43,633 nt of DNA from Peribolospora baueri (Eukaryota): the NCBI GenBank assembly GCA_029717555.1, contig JAMDHS010000072.1:62001-105633 (forward strand). The letters are read 5' to 3'. This document shows positions 21,970 through 34,964 of this stretch, piece after piece. Below the pieces are notes generated by a model. The model saw nothing but the letters and a program-made list of their open reading frames with translations, had not been told where the DNA came from and did no database searches. Each line of letters begins with the position of its first letter. Within the stretch, counting starts at the first letter, position 1. A program made the position numbers and the translations under genes.

Positions 21970-24189
21970 CTACAAAAGTTCGCTCGCCCTGACGAATCCT
22001 CCATTCGTCTCGACCGAGCTCCCGCCCGCCCCAAGGTGGTACGGTCGCCGCTGTTGGACAGTAGCCGAGCGCGCCGTCGCCCGTGCCGGAGTCCCGATTG
22101 TACCGTCGCCGCCACCGTTGGAGAGGCCAAGTTGAGATCGTAAGCCCGACCGCGGCGTCGAAGGCCCCGTCCACTCTGATGACGGGACCCTCGATGAAGG
22201 CGTGTTCGCACGCTGGCCGACGAACAGCGGCTGACGGTTCATTCCTTCAAGCCCGAATGCCGGCGTGCTGTTCTGACGCACTGGTGTCGTCGGCGTGAAA
22301 GGGACCCGGGTAGCGGATACATGATTCGGATTGACAGAGAGTCCAGTTCCCGGTCGTGGCCACGATTTGGGTGTTCCTGGAAGTGAAAGGAAGCGATAAG
22401 ACAAATAGAGAACTGCTCGTCACAGAGGATGGAGTACGAGAGTTAAGCAGGTGCGAGAAGACACTGACCTTGGCTAGGAATGAAAGGCATCCGGAAGTTC
22501 ACGCCCGGGCCGTGGGGTGTGGACGGCGGCGCCGGTTGCCCCATATCCGCTCTGCTCTCCTGGTTAATATAGCTGAGCTGCCCATATGACGACTGAGGTC
22601 GCGATGGTTGCTGCGAGGGGAATGAGGCCTGTCCGCCTGAGGCGAAGTCTGACCGAAATCGTTGCGCCTGCGGGGGCAGTGATCGTTGCTGCTGCTGAAC
22701 CTGCCGTTGGGCAAAGTCCCGACGCGAAAAAGCTGGAGGACCCATGAGCGGCAGGGATTCCATTTGATGGGCTGGTGAAGCTGGGCGTGTGGAGACTTGA
22801 CGGGAGGGAGGCCGGGAGGGCGAGTGCGCATATTGGCTGGATATTTCCAGCAAGGCAGCAGTGTCGACTTGGTTTCAAAGTTAACGCCAAAGGCGGGGAA
22901 GAGCGCAATGGCTATATTAGGACTCACGCGAGATTCTGGGCCATTGAGCTGTTGTCCGGGTCTTGATCACCCCTCCATAGAGACTGAAGCCTGGGCGGAG
23001 ATTGGTCTCGCTGCTCAAGAGGAAGCGTAAGCCTCCCGGACGGACGCGGAGTGCGCGACCGAGAAGAGGTGCTGCTTAGGCGGCTTTGAGGACGTCTTTA
23101 AAGATAACGGCGGCGGCCAAGATCATCTTTCGGCTATGTCAGTGACATTGACAAGGAAACAGCCCAGATCAATGGATATATGCGCATCCTGAGCTTCAGG
23201 TTTGTTCACCGAGGACTGTCTTCCGCCTTCCGCTTCTCACTCAACCTTTCCCCAGGCACTTCGAGCCGAAAGTTTTGGCCTTCGATGGGTTGAGATGGAG
23301 CCTGCGACGGCACTCCACCCAACTGGGCCCGGAGTTGGACATTCTCTTGCCGGAGCTGTTCATTCTCGCTGTCGAGGTGAGACGCAGCAGCTGGGCGCAA
23401 CTGAGAGAGCCGATCAAACTACAGAGGCACTGAAACCGGACAGAGCGTGCCTCGTAGCTCTCACTGCTTGAGATGTCTCGTCGCCTTCAGTTCCTCGGCG
23501 ACTCTTTCTAGGACGTTCTTCTGCTTGATCACTTGCGCTTTCAAGAACCTGGTCAATTGGACGAGACTGTTTTGTTGGAACTAAAATTTTAGGTTCGGCG
23601 GCCCAGCCGCGCACAATCAATACAAGTACATACAAAGAGATCTGCTGCGTCCATCTCACCTCGTACACGGCTTCCGTTTCCTTCAAGAGTTCCGACAGGG
23701 GCCTGAAGTACGAGGCGACCGCCGCCGGCATCTGTGGCGCGACGAAGATGATTAGTTTCAAAATAGTCCAAGAGGAGTCGCCTTATGTCAACGAAAGCAA
23801 ATCACGTTCGGCCCGAGCTTTGTGATCATGACGGCCGCCGTTTGACATTTGGGACAGACGGGTAAGCGTATCGGAGGTTGCTGCGGGGCTGGGCGAAGTA
23901 AAAAAATAACTCAAAACAGAATACAGTCAGTGCGGGGAACGGACTCGGAGCATCGTATATAACGGCGCTCGGATTCATGCAGCAATAGGGTAAAAGGAGA
24001 CTAGGCATCGGGCCTCAACCCACCGCAGGTGGGGAAGGCATGTTTCTCGCAGAGGATGTGCGAACAGCTGGTCAGCCAGAAAGGAAGCGGGGGACCGTGC
24101 GAATGGCTGGGTAGGTAGTCGAGAAAGCAGACGTTGCAGTACAGCAGATTCCAAGGGCTCCTGGCGACGTCGGCTTCGGAGACAGACAT
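21970..24189 (-). CDS. Zip3/RNF212-like meiotic RING-finger E3 ligase (RING + coiled coil + disordered tail)
   Basis: Spliced RING: LYCNVCF...FWLTSCSHILCEKH...VCPKC. Then MPAAVASYFRP, YE/FQQNSLVQLTRFLKAQVIKQKNVLERVAEELK, SENEQLRQENVQL, and an S/P/Q/R-rich tail ending FVRASELL*. Middle exons not fully resolved. Confidence 0.8.
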
Positions 24190-24915
24190 GGTGCGAAGGA
24201 GCGTTGTCGTTGAAATATGAGATGCAAGAGCGGAGCGGTGAAGGTCGTTGCTGCGGCCGCCTCGCTTGGACGCCCCGCAGACTGCGGCGCGGGGTAGCAG
24301 CTGCGCCGGTGATCCCTCCCGAACCCCTCTGGACTGGTTTGCTTCCAACTCGCTTAGGGCCGACCACCCGACACAAGCTAACTTGCCTCTTGCACGCCGA
24401 GTCCAGCCAAAGAAAGGCTCGTCTTTCCGCCGCACGTCTGTCTGTGATGGCGAGCTAGTCCTCTTCCCGCTGCCGGCGTCGATACCAGAAGCTAAAACCC
24501 GGCCGGTGCGGGGTTGCTCACTTACACGCCTACTAATCCATCTACAACAACTCGATACCTTGGACGACGGGGTCTTCTATCGCTCTCGCGAGACACATCT
24601 CGCCCCCGTTTTTCACATGCTGTGCTGATGTGCCACTGCATCCGAAGTGGGCCAATAATTTGCCCTCCGCCTTGAACTAACCTGTTGCTGACAACCTGGT
24701 ATTCATTGGTTAAGATTGCCCCCGTACGCCTATACCGCAGACGGTCTGTCCTCCAAGTCAAGATCGCAAAAGTCTTCGAGGTATAAGAAGCGTACTCCCA
24801 TCCCTCTTTTGGATGCTGTTTAGGCAGACGACGCTCTCCTCCGTCCCTCGGCCCCCGCTTGCTCTCACTCGTCGCGTCCTCTCCGCTGGGTAGTGGTGCT
24901 GCAGGCGCGCGCAAC

Positions 24916-27406
24916 ATGTTCGTCTTCCGACTCATATGGCCTCTCATCCTTGCTTTGACACGCCAGACGCATGCGCGAGGCCTTCCCGTCCGCGCTAGCG
25001 CTCCTTCTGTTAACATTTCCTATGCCACAGTCGTTGGCAGTTCGGCCGGCGGTATCGACAGCTTCCTCGGCATCCCGTTCGCTCAGACCCCCGTTGGCAA
25101 CCTCCGCTTCGAGCCGCCTCAATCCATCAACTCGAGTTTGGGAACAATTCAGGCAACAGTGAGCGAGAAGTTGGTATATAGACGCTATGTCGCGGTCTGG
25201 ACGTTGACGTCAACCTTCTTCTCTCGAACCTCTCTGCCTACAGAGCCAGCCTAAAGCGTGCCCACAGGCGCTCAATATCCTGCAAGCCCTAAATCTCCCA
25301 CAAAACCTGACCGTCCCCGTCTCTGAGGCGATCTCTTATCTCGGTGGCAGCACCAATGCAACCCAAAGCGAGGACTGCTTGTACCTGAACGTCATCCGAC
25401 CGGCTGGGACGGATGCGAACGCAAAGCTACCGGTCGTCATATGGTAAGTAGACAGAGTGACAGACAGTCCCTAGCCGAGCGTGCCCATCATCGTCATCAT
25501 CGTTGTCATCTTCATATTCCTGCGGGCAGGATCTTCGGTGGCGCTTTTCAGTTTGGCGATGTGTCATCTTACCCTGGGAACAACGTAGTCGTTCAATCCG
25601 TCAGGATGAACCAACCTGTGATGTGAGAGCGACGATGTTCTGAGCGCGCTATGCCGAGACGCACGACGATTCGTATTCTGAGCGCTCCGCTCTCACTGGC
25701 TCCCTTTGACCCTCCTTCGTCAGCTATGTCGCTATGAACTACCGTGTCGGCATCTTCGGTTTCCTCCCGGTAAGAATCTTCGTCTTCGTTCGCATTGCGA
25801 CCGCCGTCTCTCCCTGACGGGCATATGTAGTTGGAGTTTTAAAACCCTTTCCCATGCGCGTGCACTCGTCTGATCTTCTCTCCAGGGTCCCGAAGTGGCG
25901 GCGACAGGGTCCGGCAACTGGGGTCTTCTCGACCAGCGGCTGGCGATGCAGTGGGTGAATCAGCACATTGCCGCGTTCGGCGGAGATCCGACCAAGGTCA
26001 CTCTCTGGGGCGAGTCGGCTGGTAGCATTTCCATTGGCTTCCACCTGATCGCCAACGGCGGAAACAACGAGGGCCTCTTCCGCGGCGCGATCATGGAGAG
26101 CGGCAGCGCGTACCATGCTCTCAACCTCAGCACCGACACACGCGCTATCGACTTCATATCTCAGCAAACCGGATGCCAGTCACCGCCGGCCGGCCAAAAC
26201 AGGCTTCAGTGCCTCAAGGCGCTCCCGTACCAGAAGTTACAAGCCGCCAATTTTGCCATGCCCGGCCTTCTGAGCTACCAAGGAGTCAACCTCTGGACGG
26301 CACCGCGCTACGGAGGAGTGAGCGTTTCCTTGTTTTCTTTTTCTTTTTCTTTTGAGACCTCCACTTCTTATCACTGGGCGGTGACACTCCGCCACGCCTC
26401 CTTTGTCGTGCGCAGGATTACATCCCGACCCTTTGGCTGGACGCGTACGGGTCAGGTCAATATGTCAAGGTGAGCAGACGACTTTGGCTTTGTTCACACC
26501 GTAATAGCAGTCTAGAATTTGAAGGTTGACCTGACTCGTGCGCCTTGCGGTGCCAAAGAATGCCAACATCTTGATAGGTGACAATGACGATGAAGGCACG
26601 TTGCTCGTTCTCGGCACAAGCACCAACATGACGACGCCATCGGATTTCAACTCATTTGTTGGGAACATCCTCATCCCTGGAGCTTCCGCCTCTGTGATTA
26701 ACGAAATCGATACTCTATACCCGGATGACCCGACGCAAGGGTCGCCATACGGCACCGGCTACTTGGATCAGCTTACGCCAGAAAGCAAGCGCCTCGCTTC
26801 CTTGTTCGGGGTAAGACAGACCACTTGCACTGGCGACTGCGTCGCTTCGAGCGTCGTCCGTCTGCTCACACCTCTTCGTCGTCCCTACGTGTGGCAGGAC
26901 GTCACGTTCCAAGCTCCGAGGCGAGCCTTGCTCAGCTACGCCTCGAAGACACAGGACACGTACTCCTACCTGTATAAGGCCGACAAGGCTATCCCCTTCC
27001 TCGGTTCCTTCCATGCCCTCGAGATTGCTAATACATTCGGCATCGTTCCGGGTTCGCTCACCACGGAGATGATGTCTCGATGGATTTCTTTTATAAATAA
27101 TCAGTGAGGCCCTCCCGAGTTCTCTTCCACCATGAAGATGCCTTCGCTCCTCACTCAAGGCGTTTGGTCGTCCTCTCCGCAGATCACCCAACACGGGTTT
27201 GTACCAGGGATGGCCGAAGTACGATACGAGCAGTAAGCCGCTCTTGCTCTTCGAGGACACCGGAAGCTTGGGCACGACTCCGGACACCTATCGGGAGCAA
27301 CAGACACAGTATCTGTGCGTTGCTTCGTCATACCGTACCTTGCGATTTTGAATAGTGTCGCTGAGCCGCGCTGACTCGCTCGCATGCACACAGGATCACG
27401 ATCTGA
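24916..27406 (+). CDS. Secreted type-B carboxylesterase/lipase
   Basis: Signal-like N-terminus, [52 protein letters not shown]...[16 protein letters not shown] (nucleophile Ser), [13 protein letters not shown]. Last exon inferred. Confidence 0.93.
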
Positions 27407-27645
27407 ACCTCATTCCTACGAATCCTGCTTTCGCTTCCTTCTCTGCCTGTGCTGTTTTGTACCGTCAAGGATGAGCACTGCTTAGTCATTAACGATCTAA
27501 AGTAGCTGCGCAGAGAATATGATGGTTGAACGAGGCTTGCCGCAGCATAGATTCCCACGCATGGCGAGAAGAGATTCGAGCGCGACCTCCGTGAAGTTGC
27601 TCCATCTCTTTCGTACGATCGATTTTCTGCGCGCTCATAGACGAC

Positions 27646-30319
27646 ATGTCGGACGCTCAAGAGGCTCAGCAGCGGCAGCAGGCCTTTTTTGGCCAGGACT
27701 ACGACGAGGAGGAGGAGTTTCTCGGAGAGGACGAGGTGGACCTTGTGGTGGGCAACTATGGCCAGCAGCAGTACTTTGATGAGCAAGGCCAGGGTGAGCA
27801 TCGTGCTACATTTCCACAGCCCTTACCCTACAAAGGCGATGTTCCGATCCGTATGTACTGACATGATCTGTGGTATTCATGGTTTCCCGGGCTTTATAGT
27901 CCAGGGATATGAGGACCCGGAACTGGCTATGCACCAGCAACTCGTTCAGGCCGCGGCGGCGCTGGCGGCGGTGCCAGACCCGGTGAAAAAATTCCTCGTG
28001 CTCTTCTACCAGTCTGTGCAGAACAACAACGTGGGAGAGATCAATGCCGCCTACGAGGGCAGCTGGAACAGGCTTACGGAGAAGTATTACCCAAAGACGG
28101 AATGGCCTGATGCGGAGGTGATTGCACCCTTGGTGAATGATGGTGAGTGTCTGTTTGGGACTACAGTTGGACCCGGCCCTTTTAGGCACGACAACTGGTG
28201 CACAATGGATCGCTTTACAACACATATAGACATTGTGCTTGGCGCTTGAAAGGAAGGAAGCTGACGGAGGTGTGGATATGGTCGTTCGCCCATCTCAGAT
28301 CAGAAGTTCTTGACTCTATACCGAGAACTGTGGTACCGTCATGTGTACTCTCGCCTTTCTCCCGACGCGGAGGACCGCTTCCACTCTTACGACAACTATT
28401 GTGACTTCTTCAACTCCGTGCTCAGTGAGTGCGGCGAAGCGGACTTCTCATCATCTTCCACAGGGCTGAACGATGTTTTCCCGGTTCCATTATTTCGCAG
28501 ACCCGGAGGGTCCCGTTGCTCTCGATCTCCCCGCTCAATGGCTGTGGGACATAATCGATGAGTTTATCTACCAGTTCCAGACGTTCTGTCACTGGAGAAA
28601 CCGCGTGAAGAACAAGTCGGAAGACGAGATCCTGCTGCTGCAGGATGGTGGGGTAAGTGGACTCGGGACATTCGACGTGAGGGGCGAACGCTCAAGGCAC
28701 CCTATCTCTTGCTCGCATTTGGCAGGTCTGGAGCAGCTACAGCGTTCTCAACGTGCTCTACTCTCTTATTCAAAAATCGAGGATCAACGAGCAGCTCGCG
28801 GCCGCGAAGGAGGGCAACGAGGACGAGGAGAAGTGAGTTTGAGGACCTATGGACGCCGTGCCATGTTTTCGCACCCATTCACACGGATATCCCCTACGCA
28901 CTACAGTGAGATTGCCGGCGAGTATGGCTCTCGGCCTCTGTACCGGACTTTGGGCTATTTCAGCATCATCGGCCTTCTCCGGGTGCACGTTCTGCTCGGC
29001 GACTACACGCTTGCGCTCAAGATGCTTGACAACATCGAGCTCAACCGCAAGGTAAGCAAAGGAATGCACCACTGGCGAGAAGACTATTTTACCAATTAAG
29101 ACCTTGCTTCCCTTCAATTTGGTTTGTCTGTAGCAAAACGGCCTCTTTACGCGCGTGACGGCGTGCCACGTCACTACCTATTACTACGTCGGCTTTGCGT
29201 ACATGATGCTTGGCCGATACCCCGACGCCATTCGGGCATTCACCCACATCCTCGTCTTCATCATGCGATTGAGGCAGTATCATACCCGGAGCTACCAGTA
29301 CGACCAGATCAACAAGACGGCGGACCGCATGTATGCGCTGCTGGCGATGTGCTGTGCACTGTGCCCCACCCGTCTTGACGAGAACATCCAGTCGACAATG
29401 AGGGAGAAATACGGCGAGCAGTATGCGAAGATGTCCCGGGGGTGAGTTTGTTCGGTGGCTGTAACGATGCCCTTTCAGTTCGGAAGACTGACCAGCTATG
29501 ATCTCTTCCTGTCTCGCATACTGATAGCGAGGAGGGTCTCGCTGCCTTCGAGGAGCTCTTCTTGTACGCCTGCCCGAAGTTCATCTCCGCCAACTCTCCG
29601 CCTTACCACGACGCCGAGGCGCTCGCCGCATACGCTGCAACTCCTGTGCCTGAGCCAGCGCAGCACCAACTGAACATCTTCATGACAGCCGTGCGCGCTC
29701 AAGTCGCGAACCCAACCCTGCGATCGTTCCTCAAACTCTACACCACCCTTGGCACCGAGAAGTTGGCCAGCTTCCTTGACACAGACGAGGAGGAATTGGT
29801 GCAGCAGATGATGGTCTTCAAGAACTCGACGCGGAGCACTAAATGGTCCGAGGGCGGTCTGCTCGAGGGCGAGACCGTCAACACGAGCGATCTCGACTTT
29901 GCCATTCATGAGGTGGGTCGCACAGCAGGCAGACCGGAAGATAAACCTTACTTTCATCTCGTTGCTCATTGCTCCTCGCTCATGTCCCCGTTGCATTACG
30001 CGCCATACAGAACATGGTGCACATTGCCGAGTCTCGAGTCGGTCGGCGGTACGGAGATTGGTTCCTGCGTAACGGCACGCGCATGCGCGAGGTGCTCGAG
30101 AACGTCAAATCCAAGCCCTTGCCCATCCTCACTCCCCAGTCAGAGGCCGCGGCCGCGGCCGCGGCCTTGCAGGGCCAGCAACAGGTCTCTGGCCAGCAGC
30201 GTGGCCAAGGCGGTGGACGCGGCGGCGCGCAAGGTGGCCGTGGAGGTGCGGGTGGTGGACGCGGCGGGAGGGTGGCCTGGGGTGGCGCTGGTCAGCGGAG
30301 GGCTCCCGTTGAGGCCTGA
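27646..30319 (+). CDS. EIF3L: Eukaryotic translation initiation factor 3 subunit L
   Basis: WNRLTEKYY...[94 protein letters not shown]. Confidence 0.95.
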
Positions 30320-31465
30320 TGGGCCTGTCTTCGTGCTTGCCACGGACGGTAGGGACGTTTGTAAAATCTTTGGCCGGTTAAGCCGGCCGTGTGTAACGCA
30401 TTTCGTCGTCCGTATACGTCGGTTCGTTAGCCCACTGAGGCTAGCGACGAACAAGCGAAGAAGTCCTTTGATCTCGTTCGTCCCAGGAAGTGAATGATGA
30501 GAGGAAAGTCGATGTGCAGTCTGTCTATCTCGTTCCTCAAAATGCATCTTCCATCTATCTACGTTATCGACACCCCCCCTCGAGTCGCCAAGTCGCCCCC
30601 GCCAGCGCACAGGGCAACGCGCCGGAGCTACCCGTCGAGCGGGCGGCGGAATTGGACGGCACCGCCAGAAGCCATCATCTCCTTGACGACCATCACGGAT
30701 CTCGGCGCACAAACAATATAATACACCATCTTCTCACCCCTTTGACCGTTCCAATTTCATACCAACCCCGCTTCTCGTTCCCGCTCAGACGGTCCAGGCC
30801 AAATCAAGCCCCGTCCGGCTGATCTATGTGCCAAGGCGACCCCTTTCCTCATGCTTACCCTGCCCTACGTCTGCCGGCACGGGAGGTATTGTGTCGTCGT
30901 CCGCTACAGGACTGGCTTTTAGGGTACACAACTAACCGGTTGCCTTGGCTCTGCATGTCCAGCGGGCGCACGGCTGTGCTCGCACTCAACAAAGGAGAAG
31001 GGAGACAGAATCGCCCTGCGGTGCTTATGCCCTAGTCAACCGTCGCCATATAAGACCGACAAAACAGGAGGCCGCCTCTCCTCTTTGTCTCCCTTCCTTT
31101 TTTCTGTATCGCACCTGCTCACTTCACTCGTCCATCCGCCTCCGGTCGGCAGACAAAGGGTTTCCTCTATCCTTTGGCTTTATTCTCGTCAGGCTAGGCA
31201 GGTGAGCAGTCTTAGCACGTCTCCGAGGACCACGGTCTCCCTTCCCGCTCGGGTGCACTGAACAAACGTTTTCCTCGCGGCGCTCAACTGCCGCGCTTGA
31301 CCACGACTCTCGCAGGTCCAGCTCGATCCCCCTCGTTACCATCGTGAACAATTGTCTTTTCGATTCTACGCAAACGCAGGCCAGACCTCGTCTGCCTTTT
31401 TCTCTTTCCTCGCCAACCTCCTTCGCCTTCACCCAGACGAACTCTCGATCCCTCTTGTTTGCACG

Positions 31466-32757
31466 ATGTTCGCCATCCGCACCTTCCTCGCTGCTTTGCT
31501 CGGCGCCGCTCTCGCCTCATCGTCGCTCGTCTCGGCGCAGAACGCCACGTCGCCGGCGGGAGCCGTGGGGGCCATGGGTTCCACAGGAGCGTCTAATGGC
31601 ACCGGGACAAACCACATCATCATGGTCGGCATGAGCGCGACAGGCACGGCGGCTGTGAGTGGTGCCTTCCAGCGTGGACGTTAATCTATGGGGAGGAAGA
31701 GTGAGAAGTGTGTCCACCTAATGTTGTCATGACATTCGCTCTGTCCTCCTTTGTCGTCCACATCCTTCCTTCTCATCATCGTCCATCCGTCTTCATTCCG
31801 CAGAAAGCGTTCACACCCTCGAACATTACCGCCAATGTCGGCGATACGGTGACTTTTATGTTCACTGGGGGCAACCACACCGTCTCACAGTCGACATTTG
31901 CCAGCCCTTGCTCGCTCCTTCAAAACAACACGGCGAACCAGGTCGGATGTGAGTGCCTGGATGCCGTCGGATGAGCGACGTCAGGGTGTCGATTGATCTT
32001 GCACTGACCTTTTTCCTCGTCCTGCAATGCGGTCCATGACCACACCTAGTCGACTCCGGGTTCGTCCCCGTGAACGCCAACTCGAGTACGGTACCCACGT
32101 GGACGCTGCAAGTCAAGTCGATGACGCCCATTTGGTTCTACGTGAGCGCCCTGTTCTTCCCGTCAGTTTGAGTATAATGGCGGCGCGCGTCCCTCGTTCA
32201 TATTAACACATGCGTTTATTATGTCCACCGACAGTGTGCTCAAGCGGGCCACTGTCAATCTGGAATGGTCGGCGCCATCAACGCGGTCGAGAGCAGCTCC
32301 AAGGCGAGTTTGGCTGGCTTGGCCTCTCCATCATGCCTCGTCGACGGGAAGAGAAAGACGATGCGGTCTTTAGCTCTTCACCGACTTGACTGACTATCAC
32401 CGGACCTCCTCGCCTCTATGTACTTCAGAACTTCGAAGCTTATCTCGCCGCTGCCAAGAACAGCGCGTCCACTACGGCGAACGGCACTACGGGCGCGGGC
32501 GTCGCTGGTACTGCTGGCAGTAGTGAGTCCAGAGGTTTTATTCATTCTGTCCTGGTAGAGCCAAGGCCACAGCGCCCCGCTGATTTCCCTGCCCTACTTC
32601 TCTGTCCGTTCATTCCCTCCTTTTCCCCTCGGCAGCCACCGGTGCAGGCGGTACAGCCGCGGCGGCGACAGCCGGAGCTGGTAACATGCGACTCGACATT
32701 CGAAGCCTCGCTCTGTCCCTCGGCGGCCTCGCCGTCGGCGGTTGGATGATAGCTTGA
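31466..32757 (+). CDS. Secreted, probably GPI-anchored cupredoxin-domain protein
   Basis: Signal peptide, FTPSNITANVGDTVTFMF, NHTVSQSTFASPC, FDSGF, PIWFYCAQAGHCQSGMVGAIN (His/Cys/His/Met type-1 Cu ligand set), G/A/T-rich linker and hydrophobic C-terminus LALSLGGLAVGGWMIA*. Confidence 0.88.
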
Positions 32758-33553
32758 GCCCGAGTTCGAGCAGCCCCGGTGGCTTGCACGGTGCATCCTG
32801 CCCCTCCTTCCTCTTACCCTCCTCGGTTCTCGAGTTATCCCCGCCCTTCAAGACGTCTCAAGACGTCTCGCGGGCTTCCTTCCCTGACCCGTCCGGGTCC
32901 TTTCTCCCTCCTCCATCGCTCTCCGCCAAGGTGTGTAGTTGTACACGGTAATTCACAAACTATGTCCGCGTGCGATGAGCGTGGACGAAGGGCGAATGCT
33001 GGAGTGCGCCTACCTGCCTAAAACTCGAGCGGGAGCAGGCCTCGCTCGTCGAGGGAGAGGCCCGTTTAAGCCTGAGAGCTTTGCGTACCTAGGAGCTTGG
33101 CTAGATGAGAGATGTCCAAGCGGGAAAACTGCGCCGGCAGTGGTATGCGCATCAACTCTCCTAGTCATGGTATCGTTGACCACGACGTCACAGGGACATG
33201 TAGTAATGTTTCTTCGCTGCGGCTCAGCCGGCCGGGCGAAGTGAACTGTCGGGAGCCTTTCCGCGAGGGTCTTGACGATGAGTGGAAGAACACCGCCGGT
33301 CCACATCCTCGACGCTGTTGCTCTGACGGAGAGCTACCGACGAAGTTGGGAGGAGAAAGACGGCGTGCGCTCTCGCCGAGCTCTACACGGATGACCTCAG
33401 CAGCGCCGCTAGTCATAACTGTTAACTTTCATCATGCCAGTTCCGGATTTGCGCGATCGAGGATGAGACGCATCTTGGACGATCTCGAGTGATGCTCGAC
33501 CAAGTCTACGGATTCGACCCTTGTCTCTCTCCCCGCTTATCACAGACGACGCC

Positions 33554-34442
33554 ATGCTCTCCACCGAGGACATTCGGAGACGAAGTGTGTGCTGTGTGCC
33601 ACGGCATTCCATCCATTCATGTGTGACACGTACGACGCCTGTTGCGCCGTCGTCCCTAACTGTCCTCTCTTTCCTCTCCTTTCATCCATCCACTTGGCGG
33701 CCAGGCGTTGACTTCCTCCGCGAGGCTCTCCAGACTGCCGTCGGAGCTCAAGCTCCCCCTGGTAAGGGCTGATATGGGACGCACGCAGAAGGAAAGCGAT
33801 TTGGGTTCGCTGACGGGGTGGCGACCATTCTCGTTCTTCCCTCGCCTCGTATCTCACTCAGAGCTGATCGCCCAGCGCGCGGCCTCGCTCGAATCCGCCC
33901 TCTACTCCCTCCACCGGCCCTCCGACCCATCGAGCCCTCCTTCGAATGACTACCGCTCTTCGGTCCGCAACCACGGCCTGACGCTCAAGAAGGACAACCC
34001 TGAGCTGGCGCTCGCCTTTGTCAGAGGCGCCATCTCCCCGCACGCTCTGGCCTCCATGTCCGCGGAGCAGATGGAGACCCCGGAACAGGCGCTGCGCGAG
34101 GCGCGGCTGAAGCAGAAGTTGCTCGACAGGGCGACCGGGGTGGACGACTTTATGCGCGGCATCGACCCGGCCTTTGCGCCGACGAGCGAGATCGACTACC
34201 CGCTCACGGGATTGGGTGCCAACGCGAGCGGAGGGCCCGGCGACCGCTTGGCACCCGAAGCGGAAGTGTTTGGCGAGGACTGCGAGTTTGAGCGAGAATC
34301 CGAGGGCGAGTTTAAGGCGAGGCGACAGGTCAAGTGCGGCGAGTCTTTGAGGTGGGATCCTGATTTCTCTCTTTTCCTTGTGTTGTGCGCCACGCTGCGT
34401 CCGCACCGTTCCGAGCTGTACGGAAGACGAAGAAGACCTTGA
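33554..34442 (+). CDS. Protein with a TFIIS central (domain II) domain only; 3' end uncertain
   Basis: Introns 33585-33704 and 33762-33861 give MLSTEDIRRRSVDFLREAL...ELIAQRAASLESALY...DYRSSVRNHGLTLKKDNPEL...GAISPHALASMSAEQM, matching the TFIIS_M pattern (YrsklRsl.fNLK..Np.L...G.I.p..l..Mt.eEm). Confidence 0.7.
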
Positions 34443-34964
34443 CACGTCTGCGCTTGTTCTCTCGCAGGGCGATCGAGTTCGACACGTGTCTTCCGAGCCT
34501 TTGATCTCTCATTGTATCCTATGGGTGCCAGTACGTCGTCCACGTTGTAGCATACTGACGATGCATCTCTTGTTGTGGCCACGCCGCGCCGGCTGTCCCG
34601 TCGATCGACCCCGGGCCTGCCACCTCGTCCTGTCGTCCTCGGGCGTGACTCTCAAGGCGTGCTCCGAGGCTTTCGGGGGTATGTTCCAGTGAATATCGAC
34701 GTCCAGCGTCAGAACGTGCGTCTAAGATTATCGTCGTCCTTCCGTCCTTCCCTTCCAGCCGAGAAAAGCTCTGTACGGCGCAGCTGTCATCATATCTTCT
34801 TTCTCCCCGCTCGGCCGTTTCGGCCGAAATGTCAGCGTGTGGACGTTGGCCAACGATCGCCTGCCCCGCAAGAGGTGGTGACGTCGCGCGCCTCGGCTTG
34901 GTAAGAAGAGCCTTCCGTGCTGGCCCTTCTCCTTGTACTTCGCCTGCATCGCCGCCGAAAAAAC

